This document shows positions 13,043 through 26,373 of a DNA stretch of 64,000 bases, piece after piece; within the stretch, counting starts at the first letter, position 1, and the number at the start of each line of letters is the position of its first letter. Source of the stretch: Callorhinchus milii (Eukaryota); assembly GCF_018977255.1 (NCBI RefSeq), contig NW_024704742.1, positions 71,302,001 to 71,366,000 on the forward strand, written 5' to 3'. The translations under genes and the position numbers were made by a program. The notes beneath the pieces are model-generated. The model saw nothing but the letters and a program-made list of their open reading frames with translations, was not told where the DNA came from and did no database searches.

Positions 13043-13817
13043 TATATACTAATAAAACAGTGTCTGTCTGCGTTTCAAGAAGGATCTCAATAACCTATTG
13101 ACGTAGAGGCATGATGTATACCTCATCGAAAAGGTCTTGCATCTGTGAGTGACATGGGCATATTTGTTTTCGGGTATCTCCTATCGTTTATGAGTTATTT
13201 CAGTGCTGCGTTTTTTGCTGCAGTTATACTTGGTGGCTGTTGAGTCAAAGTGGCACTGTGGCATCGTGCGTCACAGAGCACCTACGTATGTACACATGCA
13301 CCACAGTTACACCTGGTGGCCGTGCCAGCTGACCATGGCGCTGTGGCATCCTGTGTCACAGAGCACATACATAGCCAAGTGGAGGGAACAAAATAAAGAA
13401 CACTGGCAAAGCTAAGCCACAGCAACAACAACAAAATTACATTTTATAATATAATAATCCTTGCGTTTGATATAGACTTCTAGACGTCTCAAAGTGCTTA
13501 AAAGTCAAAATTTTAAAAGTTAAAATTTTTAAAGTGCCTTTCACATCAGGTGGACATCCCAGTGATTAGAAATTATACATTTATATTGATCATTACAAAG
13601 ATGTCTCAGCGAAAAACAAACCTTTCAAGGATAAGTAAAAATGCTAGACGAAAGAGAGAAGGCCCATTAAATGAAACTGAAGAACAAAGTCCTCCCACAG
13701 AAATCCTCCAAGATGAGTATAAAGATGAAATGTCTGTCTATATGTCTGTCTGTGTGTCAATCTACATTCTATATTGGACCCTTAGGTTGCAAGCGAAGTT
13801 GCAACAGGTACAACTAG
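13043..13817 (+). mobile_element. Non-autonomous Helitron with RepHel N-terminal-like remnant
   Basis: 5' TATATACTAATAAAA followed by GTCTGTCTG. 3' hairpin GTTGCAA-GCGAAG-TTGCAAC (13786-13805), then 8 nt, then CTAG|T (13814-13818). Inserted in a (TTA)n SINE tail with no TSD. Internal MSQRKTNLSRISKNARRKRE...NETEEQ starts at 13601. Confidence 0.8.
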
Positions 13818-13829
13818 TTATTATATAAA

Positions 13830-14150
13830 ACTGTATAGCTTGCCATTGATATCGGGGTCTGGTAAACTTTCCCGCTGCTTGTTCAGCTAGGACCACCCTA
13901 CTTATTAGAGCTTTGGTTTGCAGGGTTAACAGGAGCTGAGTGGGAAGATTCCCAGCTCCCAGTGACTGCTCTGCCTTTCCAGGTCCTTCTTGTGAGCCAG
14001 GCTGGGATGGGCTGGCAGTGTCCTGGAATACTGTGGATCCGCCTGGCTCAGGAACTGGGCTACCGAGACCGCCACAGAGGGCTGGCGCTTTTCTGACTTT
14101 CCGTTGCGAAGCATGTCACCTTGGAGTTCGTTTAGCTCCTCGGTGACATC
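13830..14150 (-). repeat. Copy of the unclassified repeat at 20620-21110
   Basis: Reverse-complement similarity seen by eye. Confidence 0.65.
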
Positions 14151-15592
14151 CGTGGCAATGGAATGTCAGAGGACATTCACCCATCGAGTCAAATATGATG
14201 CCAGCCCTTCCACTACAATTATCTGCTCTAACTCTAGTTTCCTGTTCTTTTCCTGTAATCTCTTAAAATTCTTCCTCTTCAAATACTTATCTCATTCCCT
14301 TTTAGCTTAGCTTCAGTAATCCTCTGTGTGAAATAAATCTTCCTAATCACAAATACAAAGTCTTTATGAGGGGAAAGAAGTTCATCTGACTAATGGTTAG
14401 AGTCAATTACATCTAATTCAGGGGACAGAGATTAGAACCCTGCAGTATTTACAAACAACCAATCTTGGAAATAATCTAATCTTTAATGTGGCATCTTGAC
14501 TCAGTTGGTCACTCTCTCGCCTAACGGAAGTGTTTGCAATTATAAAAGTGTGTTCGATAAAGTTAACATCAATAGGCTGTTCCCTCTGGTTGGGCTGTCT
14601 GTAACAGAAATATACGATAAGAGATTAGTGGATCGAAAAGGGACAAATCAAAAAGAATTTAGGAGGAACTGCTTCATGCTTAGTGAGATTGTTGGACTCA
14701 CTGCCTGAAGCAGTGATTGAATCAGATAGTGTAAATGCATTCAAAGAAAGCTAATCCTTCACACAACGGAGAGGGGAATAGAGGGTTTGGGAGGGAGGGG
14801 GGGAGACTCGCGTGAAGTATAAATACCAGCTCGGTCTGCTTGGGCCGGGTAACCCATTTCAGTGCTGTACTCTCCCTCAGTCCCTCCGCCTACTCTCCCT
14901 CAATCTCTTCGCCTTACTCCCTCTCTCCCCTTTTTCAAGTCCCGCCTTAAAACCTTCCTTTCCGACCGTGCTTACGGTCACTTATGGGACCACCCAACCC
15001 CAGTTCGGAGCCAGACTCCGCCACTGGTAAGCACTCTGAGTGGAGGGCGTTATATAAGTGCAAGTTGTTGTTGTTACATTTTGTGTGAATCTTTGTAGAA
15101 GGCTGTGGGTTCAAGCCCCACGTCAGGAGTTCATGCTTACAGTCCAGGCTGAAGCTTCTGTGGAGTACTGGGGTGGGGGTTGTGGAGGGGTGCTACTCTG
15201 TCCTTGGGTGAAAGTAAAATCGGGTTGCCTGTTGAGATTGACACTAAAGATCCTGCGGTGTAATTTGAAGTGTGTGTAAACTGGCTCCTGTGTTTGCCTA
15301 CAAGTATAAGTGGTCACTATGCTTGAAGTGAAGTGAAAGGCGCTTTATCAAATGTAAAGAATCTTTAAAATGTTTTCTGGCCAGTACTTGATCGCCACCT
15401 CCCCCGGACAATACAGCTTCAGAAGAAGTAGATTTTGTCTGACAACTTACATTTTTTTTTGGAAGATGTGACATACTTATTGTACAGAAGGAAGCATATG
15501 ACAGTACCTAGACTTCTAAAAAGGCTTTGGCAGGGTAACATGCCTTTACAAGCTCTAGTCACGGGGACCAAGAGTAAGGCTAAACAGATGAA

Positions 15593-16075
15593 AGCCTGGC
15601 TCAGTTAGTAGCACTCCCGTCTCTAAGCTAGAAGTGTGGATTCAAGTCCCATGTCAGGACTTTGAGCTCAGTCTAGGTTGACACTCCAGTACAGTCCTTG
15701 GGGGAGCACAGCATTGTCATAGGTGCCATCCTTTGGACGAGACATTAAACCGAGGTCCATCTGCCTGGTCAGGTGGATGTTGAAGCAACTTCCTTTTTTC
15801 CAATAGCACTTTCGAATCTTTAACATCAATCTGAACAGGCAGAGGTACCTTGGTTTAATGTCTCATCCAAAGGATGGCACCTATGACAATGCTGTGCTCC
15901 GCTCCCCCAGTCAGTTCAACGTTAATATTTCATCACCAACTCTAGCACTGTAATGGATTGTCAGCCTGGACTATGAGCTCAAAGTCCATGAAGAAGCCGG
16001 GGAGGGGGAGTGTTTGTTCTGTGTCAACAAGCTTTGACACAGAAGCATGAGCACTAACAACTGAGCCTGGCTGAT
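15593..16075. mobile_element. Inverted pair of SINE family B (SacSINE1/DeuSINE-like) 5' halves
   Basis: GCCTGGCTCAGTTAGTAGCACT head on plus at ~15594 and its reverse complement ending at ~16072. Confidence 0.8.
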
Positions 16076-18659
16076 ATATAAAGGGCAACATTGCAGTGGG
16101 GGGTGGGTGGGCAGATGTGAACAGGCAGCAGTTAAGTTGCATTTGGGGACTCCAGAGAAGGGATTAGCCTTTAAAAAAGACAAATAAGCAGTAACCAATA
16201 TTTTTTTCAGGAAGTCATGTACCATTAGGCAAGATTAGATTACAAGCAGTCCCTTCCTATCATTTTTAAATGCTTTTCCTACAAAGGAGCCCTTTCAGTA
16301 CTCAACTGTCGTGTACGCACCACTGGAAAACAAGCAACTGTATCTGCCACCTGCTGCTTAGAGAATGTTCTTTTTGTAGGATAGATTCGATTATAAATAA
16401 AACATGAATTCCTTCTGTGATGTGATAAAATGCTTCAAGGAGCTCCAGAAGGCCATAATTCCACAAAAGTCAAAGTTGGTCTTTACTGGGCCCTAAATGC
16501 TCCCTCCTCCTCCTTCCCTGAAAGCATATAGTTTGCTCCAATTGGTAGAACTCTTTCCCCTGCTCTGGGTTGAAAGTTGTGGGTTCAAGCCCCACATTGG
16601 GATTTTGAGTTCCTTGTATTCCAAGCTGACACTCCAGTGCAGTCCTGGGGAAATGGTGCATTATCAAAAGCACCTTCCTTCAGGTGAGACTTTAGAACAA
16701 GGTCCCTTCTGCCTTTTCTCCATGTGAATTTGAGCTCACAGGCTAGGCTGACACTTTGGTGCTGCATTGTCAGAGGCATCATCCTTTGACTGATACATAG
16801 CATGAGACCATCAGGATGGTAGAAGACGCACTAAATAGCCCTTGGTCTTTTTGTGTCTAGCAATTCCTATGTTCCCAACAACCTGAATTTATGTAATCGC
16901 TTATAATTTGGGATCATATCTCATATCTCAAGGATGGCGCTTCTGGCAATGCAGCACACCCCCAGCACTGCATTGGACTATGTGAGTCCCAAATCCTGAA
17001 GTGGGGCTTGAACCCACAACCTTCTGACTCAGAGGCAAGTGTGCTACCAACTGGTGTCCTACGAGCATAGTGACCTCTACCTTTATAAAGAGAAATTGAT
17101 AAACATTTCAAGTGGAACAATATAAAAGGAAAGGCGCTTTGAAAATGTAATTTTGCTGTTGTTGTTGTTGTTGTATATTGGGATTGGAGTAGATAGCTCC
17201 AGCAGAGGTGGTAGCCACATAGGCCAGAAAGTTTTAAATTTGTAAATTGTAAGTTCGAGGATTCCATTTTGCATTTAAATTGATTTTGCAAACTGCATAA
17301 AGCTACTTAGGAAGTCTTTATATCTTAGATCTCATTAGTGGTGAAGCAAATTTCATTTTTGCCTTGAAGTACTGGATTATCACAAGAAGTTCAGATAAAG
17401 GAGGTTTTGTGTCCCATTTGCTCTCATTCTTCCAGTATAATCACCATGCCGACCTCCCATTACTGTTGAGCCAATTCTTGAATGAGTACCAGTGTTCTGG
17501 CCTCAGTCACTCTGGTTGGTAACCCACATTCCACTTGCTGATTAGCCCTTGATGTAAAAACGACGTTGTTTGTCCTAAACTTGCTCATTGCAACCTCTGA
17601 CCTCTTGTCCTGCTGCTTTTGATATATCTGAAAGTGTTGCTTGGAGTTTTGTATTACTCTGTACCCCCATCACACCAGTCCTTGCCAGGCTCCATTGTCT
17701 CCCTATTACAGCACAGATCGATTTAAAGATCCTCTACAAATCCCTGCATGCCCTGGCACCTCCCTAGCTTTCTCCCCACTCCATTAGCCACTTCCTCTGC
17801 TCGGAGGGCACTGGCCTCCTACTTGAGTCTCATCCCCTCTGTTGCACCACCGGCAGCTGCACTTTCAGCCACTGTGAAGCGCTTTGGGACGTTCTCTCGA
17901 CGTGAAAAGCGCTATATCAAATGCAAGGATTATTATTATTATTATTATTACACCCCGAAGCTTTGGAACTCTCTCCCCCAATCCCTCTGCCTTGCCCCTT
18001 CTTCCCCTCCTTTAAATCACGGCTGAAGATCTTCCTCTTCACCCGTGCTTACGGTCACATCCTCCCTCTCCCCGGCTCAGCGTCAGGTGGCGCCACTGTT
18101 AAGCACTCTGAGATGCTAGTTAAATGCAAGTTATTGTTATTGTTTACTTTTGCTATCCTATTTCAACATCTTATATACCTCTCTAAAAATTTTAAGAGAA
18201 ACAATATGACAATATTAAAAGGCACAGAGAAAAAGAGATTTAGAGGAGTTAGCATGAGTGGAGGAGCTGGCATAAACACAGGCTTAGTGCAGACATGATG
18301 CTCTGAGATGTTTATTGTCGAGGCTGAAGAGCCCAGCTTTTTTAGTTGTTGCTCACAACTGGTCCCTGTAATTTCTGCCTCATTGTTCTCCTCAATCCTG
18401 CAGGGAATCGGAATGGGATCGGTTGTAAGATTGTAATAAAGGCTAAAGCCTTTTTGAGGCACCTTCAGTTCAGAATGATCGGAGATAACTAAACTGATGA
18501 ATCATATACCAATACTGGCTGCATGCAGGCTGTTAAAAATGATTTTGAGAATTTAAAGGGTTATCATTAATTCAGGCCACATCCGGACATAATGCCTCTC
18601 TTGTCTACAATGTACGATACAAAGATCTACATTCAAGCTAATTCTAAGCTTCTTATGCT

Positions 18660-20580
18660 GAACAGTTACAAAGAACCCTTGCTTGTATTCACCACAGAGC
18701 AATGCGGCTAACTTCACTCTTTCTAAATGTCATGTATCCCACAGTGGTATTATCAAGATCAGCAAACATTACACTTCTCAGTCACGAAACAGATAACATC
18801 AACAGAAGGTTAGGTAGTGTGATGAGGTCGAGCCAGATGGACTTGGTGTATCTGTTTCAGGCCTCACTGACAGGATTGCGGAGTTTCAGTTTGTGGATGG
18901 TATTGTGCTGCTGGCGGATTCACCTGGGGGCCTTTTGCACTGTACCCACCATCTTGAACACTGGGCCAACCAGTGGGACATGTTGGTGGTCCGGAAACAT
19001 GGATCTGCACAGACCAAGGGAAGAAATCTAGGGTACTGATTGGAAGATACAAGGGGCATCAGTCCCACTTGTTGATTTTTTGGTACCGTGGACACCAACC
19101 TTTGCTTAGACACTGTGCTGTAGGACCTTGCTGAGAAGGGCATACAAGATTTGTGTGCAAACAGCCCTCCTTTATGGATCTGAGCTCCTAGGGTTGCAGG
19201 GGAGAGGCTTCTTCCTGCCCATTTGCAAAGTCAATGATCAAATAGTGGATTTGTGGCAAATAAGGGAAGGGGCTGCAGGGAGGTAGGCCTACACTGACCT
19301 TTCGCTAAGCACCCTGGAGGTGGCTTCAACGCTGGCACGTCTATTTGCCAAGGCCCCTCGCATGAGGACTTGGATTAATAATAATAATCTTTGCATTTGC
19401 CTTATCACGTCATGAGACAGCTCAAAGTGCTTCACAGAATATATTGTAAAGTGTATTGTGTGGGCATATGTAGCAGCCAGTTGCACACAGCAATATCCTA
19501 CGAATAGTCATGGAGTGAGTGATCAATTTTATTTGAGAGATTGTTAGCCAAGACACCAGGGAGAGAGAAACTCGCTTCTTTTTTCTCTTTTAACATTCAC
19601 CTGGACAGGCAGACGGGACCTCAGTTTAACACCTCACCCAAAAGGTGGCACCTCCGATAACACAACACCCCCCCCCCCCACCTCCAGCGCTGCACTGTGG
19701 TGACAGTTTAGACGATGTGATTCCAAGTCCTGACGTGGAGCTTGAACACACAACCTTCTGACTCAGGCAAAAGCGCCAGGCTGACATACAGTGCCATCAA
19801 GCAAACGCTAAACTGATTCCTTCAATAAGAGGTTCAGAAACTGATCTATGCAATAAACACGGTGCCCCCTGCCCCAGTCCCCATCCAAACAGAGCCTGAG
19901 TTTGATCCCCACTCCAGGCCCCTCCATTTGTTCTCCATTAGACACACCACCATTGCTCAGCCCAGCAGCGACTAGGGAACATGGGTGATTGACCGCCGGC
20001 ACGGGTTCTTGAGGACATCAGATACGGCCCTGCCCACAGCTTAGATGTTTACATGCTGTGCGCTGTGAGGAGAGAGTGCTGAACACAAGAAGACCCGGAA
20101 TTAAGCAGCTGGTGCTGAGTAAGCCTGGTACGCAACATTGGACTTGAACCTCAGAAACATCAAGGTGGCTGTCATGTTGCAAGCTGTCCTATAAAGGTCC
20201 TCGCACCAAACCGAGGGTAGATTTTCGTCGAATGAGGAAACTGAGGCTTGGGACGACAGCTGCTGGAAGGCGTTACTTGGAGTACGAGTTTGTGAACATG
20301 TGTTTATACATGTAGCAGTTGGAATCCACCTGGATTGGCTTGCAGAGAGGCAGCAGCTGCTGTGTAAACTCCGCACCTCCAACTGATGGAACCATCTCTA
20401 AATGGGAAAGGATGTGTGCCCAAGCTGTGGTTGGAAGAAGGTGGCAATGCTCTCACGCATTTCATGCTGAGCTGTGTTTGTCCACCAGGAAACTTGCAGG
20501 GAGTTCCTGTTACTTCACATCCACCCAGTGAGGCCTCAAACCTGCACTTAATGGATTTCAAAAAACTAGTGACAATCCAC
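18660..20580 (+). mobile_element. Decayed non-LTR retrotransposon (RTE-X-like / non-L2, non-CR1), interrupted by a SINE at ~19375-19790
   Basis: In-frame GVSVSGLTDRIAEFQFVDGIVLLADSPG from 18845 (degenerate FADD motif), HLEHWANQWDM, WKIQGASVPLVD, RAYKICVQTALLYGSELLG (19137-19193), and an EHVF zinc-finger-like remnant near 20295. Many frameshifts. Confidence 0.65.
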
Positions 20581-20619
20581 CTGAGGTGTTGGGGGGGTGG
20601 TGGTGGGGTGGGGGGGAGA

Positions 20620-21110
20620 TAGGTGGGATCTCCTTGGAGTTGAATGACTTCCAAGATGACACGTTTGGCAACAGAATGTCAGAATCAAGGCCACCCTCTG
20701 TGATGGTCTCTAGTCCTCTCTGGCTCATCAGGGCAGATCAGTCACTGGGGGAAGGGACTCTTACCACTCAGCTCCTGTTAAACATGCAAACCAAAGTCCT
20801 CATGCGGTCCGAGCTGGACAAGCAGCTGGAAAGCTTGGCATACAGTGCTCTCAACGGTAAGCTATGTTGGCTAGACTCCAGCAGTTACCCCAACGCACAC
20901 TCTAGGATCCCCAAGCCTTGGCTTTTGCCAACCTGTGCCTGATAGCTTCCGGAATTAGGTTAGCAGGATGCGTCCCTCAAGGGAGAGAGCGCACATTCCA
21001 TTCCAATAAACCTCTCTGGAATTTCCATGTGTAGATGGGATGCATGGAATTCTCAGTTTGGTTTGGAGATTCTTAAGCATGGGGATGGGTTTCTGCACAT
21101 GTCAGACACC
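20620..21110 (+). repeat. Unclassified interspersed repeat, possibly the 3' part of the adjacent LINE
   Basis: Clearly homologous (CAGTCACTGGG...CACTCAGCTCCTGTTAA...CAAACCAAAG...GCTGGACAAGCAGC) to minus-strand copies at ~13830-14150 and ~50480-51065. Confidence 0.7.
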
Positions 21111-22609
21111 GAGCTGAACAGAAAAAGAGGTGAAATTGACTGTGTATTTTATGGGTGAAGCGCAGCAGTCAATTGTGCACAGCATTGTCCCACATTACAA
21201 TCATGGATTGAGGGACACATTTGTTTTGGGGTGAATTATGCTACTGCATTCCAATGCTTTACAAAAATGCTTTACAATGGCGGAGTGGAACCTGAACAAG
21301 GTGGGAAATAAAAGGAGGCTGGTAGTTAGAAGAGAGTTGGACAGGACCAAAGGCACTACTGAAGGGGTAAGATCTCGCCCATCATTATTGAAAAAATCTT
21401 TCAGCATATAAGGTGACACCATCTGTGCTTTCTCTCTAATTTAATCAGCCATGCAATGCACATGAAGTCAAATGGAAACAGGTAGTTTGACATCTGTTTT
21501 CTTGTGGTTACTCATTTGTCAGGTGAAGGCAAAGAGGAAGGACAATTACCTTTTTTTATTAAAGCCTGACAAAATCACAAAAAAAAGCCACAAAATATCT
21601 TGAACCAGACTGTCGGCCAGACTCGGTTGGGAGTGCTATTGCCTCTAGGTCTGAAGATTATGCAACAGGACCTGAGCTGTGTTCCTGGGCAACACTGCAC
21701 TCCTGGGGCTGTCTCTCCCACTGTCCTGGACAACAACTTGCATTTATACGGCGATCCTCACGCAGGGTAGTGTCTCAGAGCGCTTGATAGAACGGAGCCT
21801 GATGCCAAGTCAGGGTGTGTATGGGGGTGGGGTGTGACCGTAAGTACAGTCGTAGAGGAAAGACTTTAGGTGCGACCTGACGATGGGGAAGAAAGGGGCC
21901 AGAATGAGGGATTGATGGAAAGTGTTCCAGTGTTTCTGGGCATAGTAACTGAAAGCACGAGGACAACAGCCCTCCAGATTATTTGGGACTTTACTGTTCG
22001 CAACACTGACTGCTGTTTGAAAGCAATTACTGTAAAGCAACTAAAGACATTTGTGCAAGTTTCTTCTTCCACTATCTCTTCTACACAGCCCTGTAAGATT
22101 CCCAAACTCTAAAAAATTAGTCTTAACCCATGAGATTGTGGAAACTTCAAAAATTCTTCATTTGGAACCTAGGCTTCTACATGGAGTTCCCAAAGACCTG
22201 TTACCCCCATGTGTGTTTCTCTTCCCCCCCGACCACCTCCTACAATGCACTGACCAACAACTGGAACATGTGGAAGAATGATGATAATTGTATACTTAAT
22301 TGTATTCAGCACAAGTGTTTACCTGTACTTAGACGTAGGATCGGTATGAGTGAGAGCCATAACTTTCATGGCAGATAATGATCCGTCGCCATGTTCAGTG
22401 CTACATCTTTTATAATGTGAAGTGAGGAGACAAAATGCATCTCTGACAACCTGTTTCAGCTCTTCCGTCATCTCATATCACTGTTTGGTAACAAGGCGAT
22501 ATGATGGCTTTGTGGACACACACTGTATAATTTTTAAAAAGAAACTGGTTTCCAAACTAACAAGGCATTTTAAGATCAATAATTTCGTAGCCTAAGACTA
22601 GGGGAAATT

Positions 22610-23515
22610 TCGAGCCTCCTCCAGTACCAACTCCAGGTCCACCAATGTTCTATTAGCTTGTCTGGCAGACATCAAGGCCTGGATAAGTGTAAACTTCCTG
22701 CAGCTGAATGTGGACAAAACAGAAGCCATACTCCTTGGCTCAGGTCAACATCTTCACTCCTGCGGATCTAAACTCCTCAACCTCCCTGGGCTCTTCCTCA
22801 GACTCACCAAACCAGTGCACAACCTAGACGTCTGGTTCAACCCCCAGCTGTCCTTCCTCCCCACATCCAGTCCCTGACAGGACCGCCTTCTTTCACCTCC
22901 GCCACATTGCCCGCCTCCAACCGTACCTTACCCCAAACGCAGCAGAAACCCTCGTGCATGTGTTTGTCACCTCCCGCTTAGATTACTCTAATGCACTCCT
23001 CGCCAGTCTCCCAGCTCCACTATTCAAAAGGTCCAGCTCATTCAAAACTCTGCCACCAGCATACTGACCCAGACTAAACTCCGTACTCACATCTCACCAG
23101 TTCTAACCGGGCTCTGCTGGCTCCCCATCACAAAAACGGATCAACTTCAAGATCCTCACACTCGTGTTCAAATCCTATCACTCCCTGACACATCCCTACC
23201 TCTCCGACCTCCTCACTCCCCAATCCACCACCCGGCCCCTCCGCTCGACTGGCACCAGCCTCCTGTTCATCCCTTGCACACTCCACCCCACCATCGGAGG
23301 TCATGCTTTCAGCCACTATGCCCCAAAATTCTGGAACACTCTCTCTCAATCCCTCCACCTTGCCCCCTCTCTCAAGTCCCACCTGAAAACTTTCCTCTTC
23401 GAACGTGTTTACGGCCACCTCCCCCCTCCCCCGGCTCAGGGTCAGGCTTCACTACTGTTAAGCACTCTTGAGATGCTACCCTGGGTGGAGGGCACTATAT
23501 AAGTGCACATTGTTG
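22610..23515 (+). mobile_element. L2 LINE 3' fragment (second subfamily)
   Basis: CLADIKAW...NFLQLNVDKTE; GGHAFSHYAPKFWNTL; GAGGGCACTATATAAGTGCA end. Confidence 0.9.
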
Positions 23516-25819
23516 TCAATCTACATTCCATATTGGATTCTTTGGCTGCAAACGTAGTTGTAATGTGTACAGCTAGTAATGTATAAATACATAAATAAAT
23601 GAGGGATATTGACAACATGATGAATTAAGTTGTAGTGACCATTTAGCCAGGGTCAACTTATCAGCAGTTTACTGTATTTGTTTGATAACTTTATATCTTC
23701 ACGATGATTGAATTTTGCATTTACAAATTTATCCAGCGAGCTGATGTGAATCCTGTTCTGTGTTAAGTTAGCTGATCCTAGCTGTAGTGAGGTGGGGAAA
23801 GAGGAAGGGAAAGGAAAACAAAGGGACTGCTGTAAGGGTAACAAATGGATTTAAGCACCATATGTTAGGCAAAAGAACGGGTTCCTGTTGTTTGCCATCC
23901 ACTGAGCCCCATTGAAGAGTGTGCGAACATAACATTGGTAACACTTATATCATAGCATTGGTAACTTTAACCCAATCCCTTTGCAGTAATTACTGTCAAG
24001 TGCAGTGACTGTTATTGTAGGTGAATGAGGCTGGATTGTCAGAGGTGGAGTTCTTCGGAAGAGACGGTAAACCGAGGTCTCTGTCAGTGCCCTTCAGGTG
24101 CACGGTAAATATCCAGTGACGCTATTGGAAACAAAAAGGGAAGTTTCTCCCGGTGTCCTGGCCGACAATCCTCCAGGTAATCCAGTCATTCACTTCATGG
24201 CTGCATGTGGTAACTTCCTGTGTGCAAACCGGCTGTCAAGTATGCCTTACAAAACAGTCACTACACTTGACACTCATCAGTGTGAAGTGCTTTGAGACGT
24301 TTCGATGTGATAGGTTGCCAGAAACAAATTCAAGTTATTTTCCTTTCGGTTACAAACGGGCTGTTATTACGACAGTTTATACAGTATGTATATAGGCCAG
24401 TGGTAGGATTTCTGCATTGCTGCTGTATACAGAGATATTCAACCAGAAAAGTCAGCCTTTGGGTAGAACAGCATGTGCTAGTTGTTTGAAAATTGTGGCT
24501 GTTGTTTTGGATTCCTTCCCACAAGGATGCACGACACCTTCAGGCAACTTCAAAACAGGTTTGATTTGTATAGAGCGAAGAAAGGGGAAGTAAATAAAAC
24601 CAACCAGACTCCAGAGGCCTCATATCCGTCAGACACTCAGTCTGTAAACCCATTTTTATCTTAAAGTTTAAGGTCACACAAGAATATTTACAGAGTCCTG
24701 TTGCATATTGTTTAGAGCACTCGCCTCGCAAGTGAACCTAGGTCCTCTTGCTTGCGAGGCGAGTGCTCGAACTACTATAATAATCCTTGCATTTGATATA
24801 GCGCCTTATCACATCTTTGAGATGTCTCAATGCGCTTCACAGAATATATTATGAAGTGAATTGACTGTATTTTGTGGGCAAAACGGCTAATTACACACAG
24901 CAGTGTCTCACAAACAGTTGTGGATTGAGTGACCACATTTCTGGCCGTGTATTTATGGCCAGTTTTTTTTTCTTACTATACTGCGAAGTAAACAGAGGCA
25001 GGAGTAAGGAAACTTGCCTAAGATTCGAACCCGGAATTTCTCGCTTGCAAGGTGAGCTCGCTAACCACTATCTTACTGGACTTCAATAATTTAATTCAAT
25101 CTTAATTTAAGACAGTGAATGTTCTTAAGGTTAAGAGTATCCAAGCAAACTCGTCCTGGAAGGCAAACATGATTGAATAATAGTTGTTGAATTCGTTATC
25201 ATGTCTACATAAAACCTCAGAACATCTCAAAGCTCTTTACAGGGAACTGATGTCAAGCATCTGTACTGGTAAGCAAATGTAGAGGCCAATTAGCACACAG
25301 TGAAATAAACAGCAATGAAGTGAATGATTAATTGATCACCAGGATAACAGGAAAAAATCTTTTCTCTTTTCATCAGTCATAAGATCTTTAACAATGAGCA
25401 GAACAGTTGGGACCTCAGTTTAATATCTCACCTGAAGAATAGCATCTCTAACAATGCGGAGCTCCCACAGTACTGTAATAGAGTGTCAGTCTAGACTATG
25501 TGCTCAAGTCCTAACATGTAGCTTGAAATCCCAACTTTCTGATGCATTGGCAAGATTTCTACTGAATCAGCCAAGATAACACCTGGTTTTACTTCAGAAA
25601 CATAAAATGACACCCTGTTTTAGTTCTAAAAAGTCTTCAAATTTAAGATTGTGAAAAAGTTCAGACTTCATTTGAAAGCAGTTCCCAAGAAGACAGTGAA
25701 TGTTCTTAACGTTAAGACCATCCAAGTAATCTCGTCCTGGAAGGCAAACGTGTGAATAATAATTGTTGAATTTGGCGTCATGTCTATATAAAACCTCAGA
25801 ACATCTCAAAGCTCTTTCC

Positions 25820-26373
25820 AGACTCGACTACATTAACTCCTCCCTCCATAGGTTGCAGATTATCCAGAACTCTGTAGCCCATGTCCTCGCCGACACCAGG
25901 CTCCGCGACCCTATCACCCCCATCCTCGCCTGACTCCTCTGGCTTCCCATCACACAGAGCATACAGTTCAAGATCCTGGTTCTCACCTTCAAAGTTCTCC
26001 ATGGCCTTGCTCCCCCTGACCTCTGTAACCTCCTAATGCCCTACCAACCTGCTCGCTCCCTCCGCTTAGTGGGCTCTGGCCTGCTGAATGTCCCCCACCT
26101 CACCACTGGCGGNCGGCCCTTCAGCCACTCTGCCCCCATCCTCCGGAACTCCATCCCGCAGTCCCTCCACGTCAACTCCTCTCTTGCCTCCTTCAAGAAC
26201 CGTCTCAAGACCCTCCTCTTCAACAATGCCTTCGGTCACCCTCCTTCCCCCACTGCTCTCCACCCTCCCCAACCCCCAGCTCGGGTCCGAAACACTGACT
26301 GTCCAGTGCATTGGGATGTCGTCCCAATGTGAAAGGCGCTATACAAATGTAATTTTGTTGTTTTGTTGTTGTT
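25820..26373 (+). mobile_element. L2 LINE 3' fragment
   Basis: PYQPARSLR...SLASFKNRLKTLLF; (TTG)n tail; contains one N at 26113. Confidence 0.9.
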
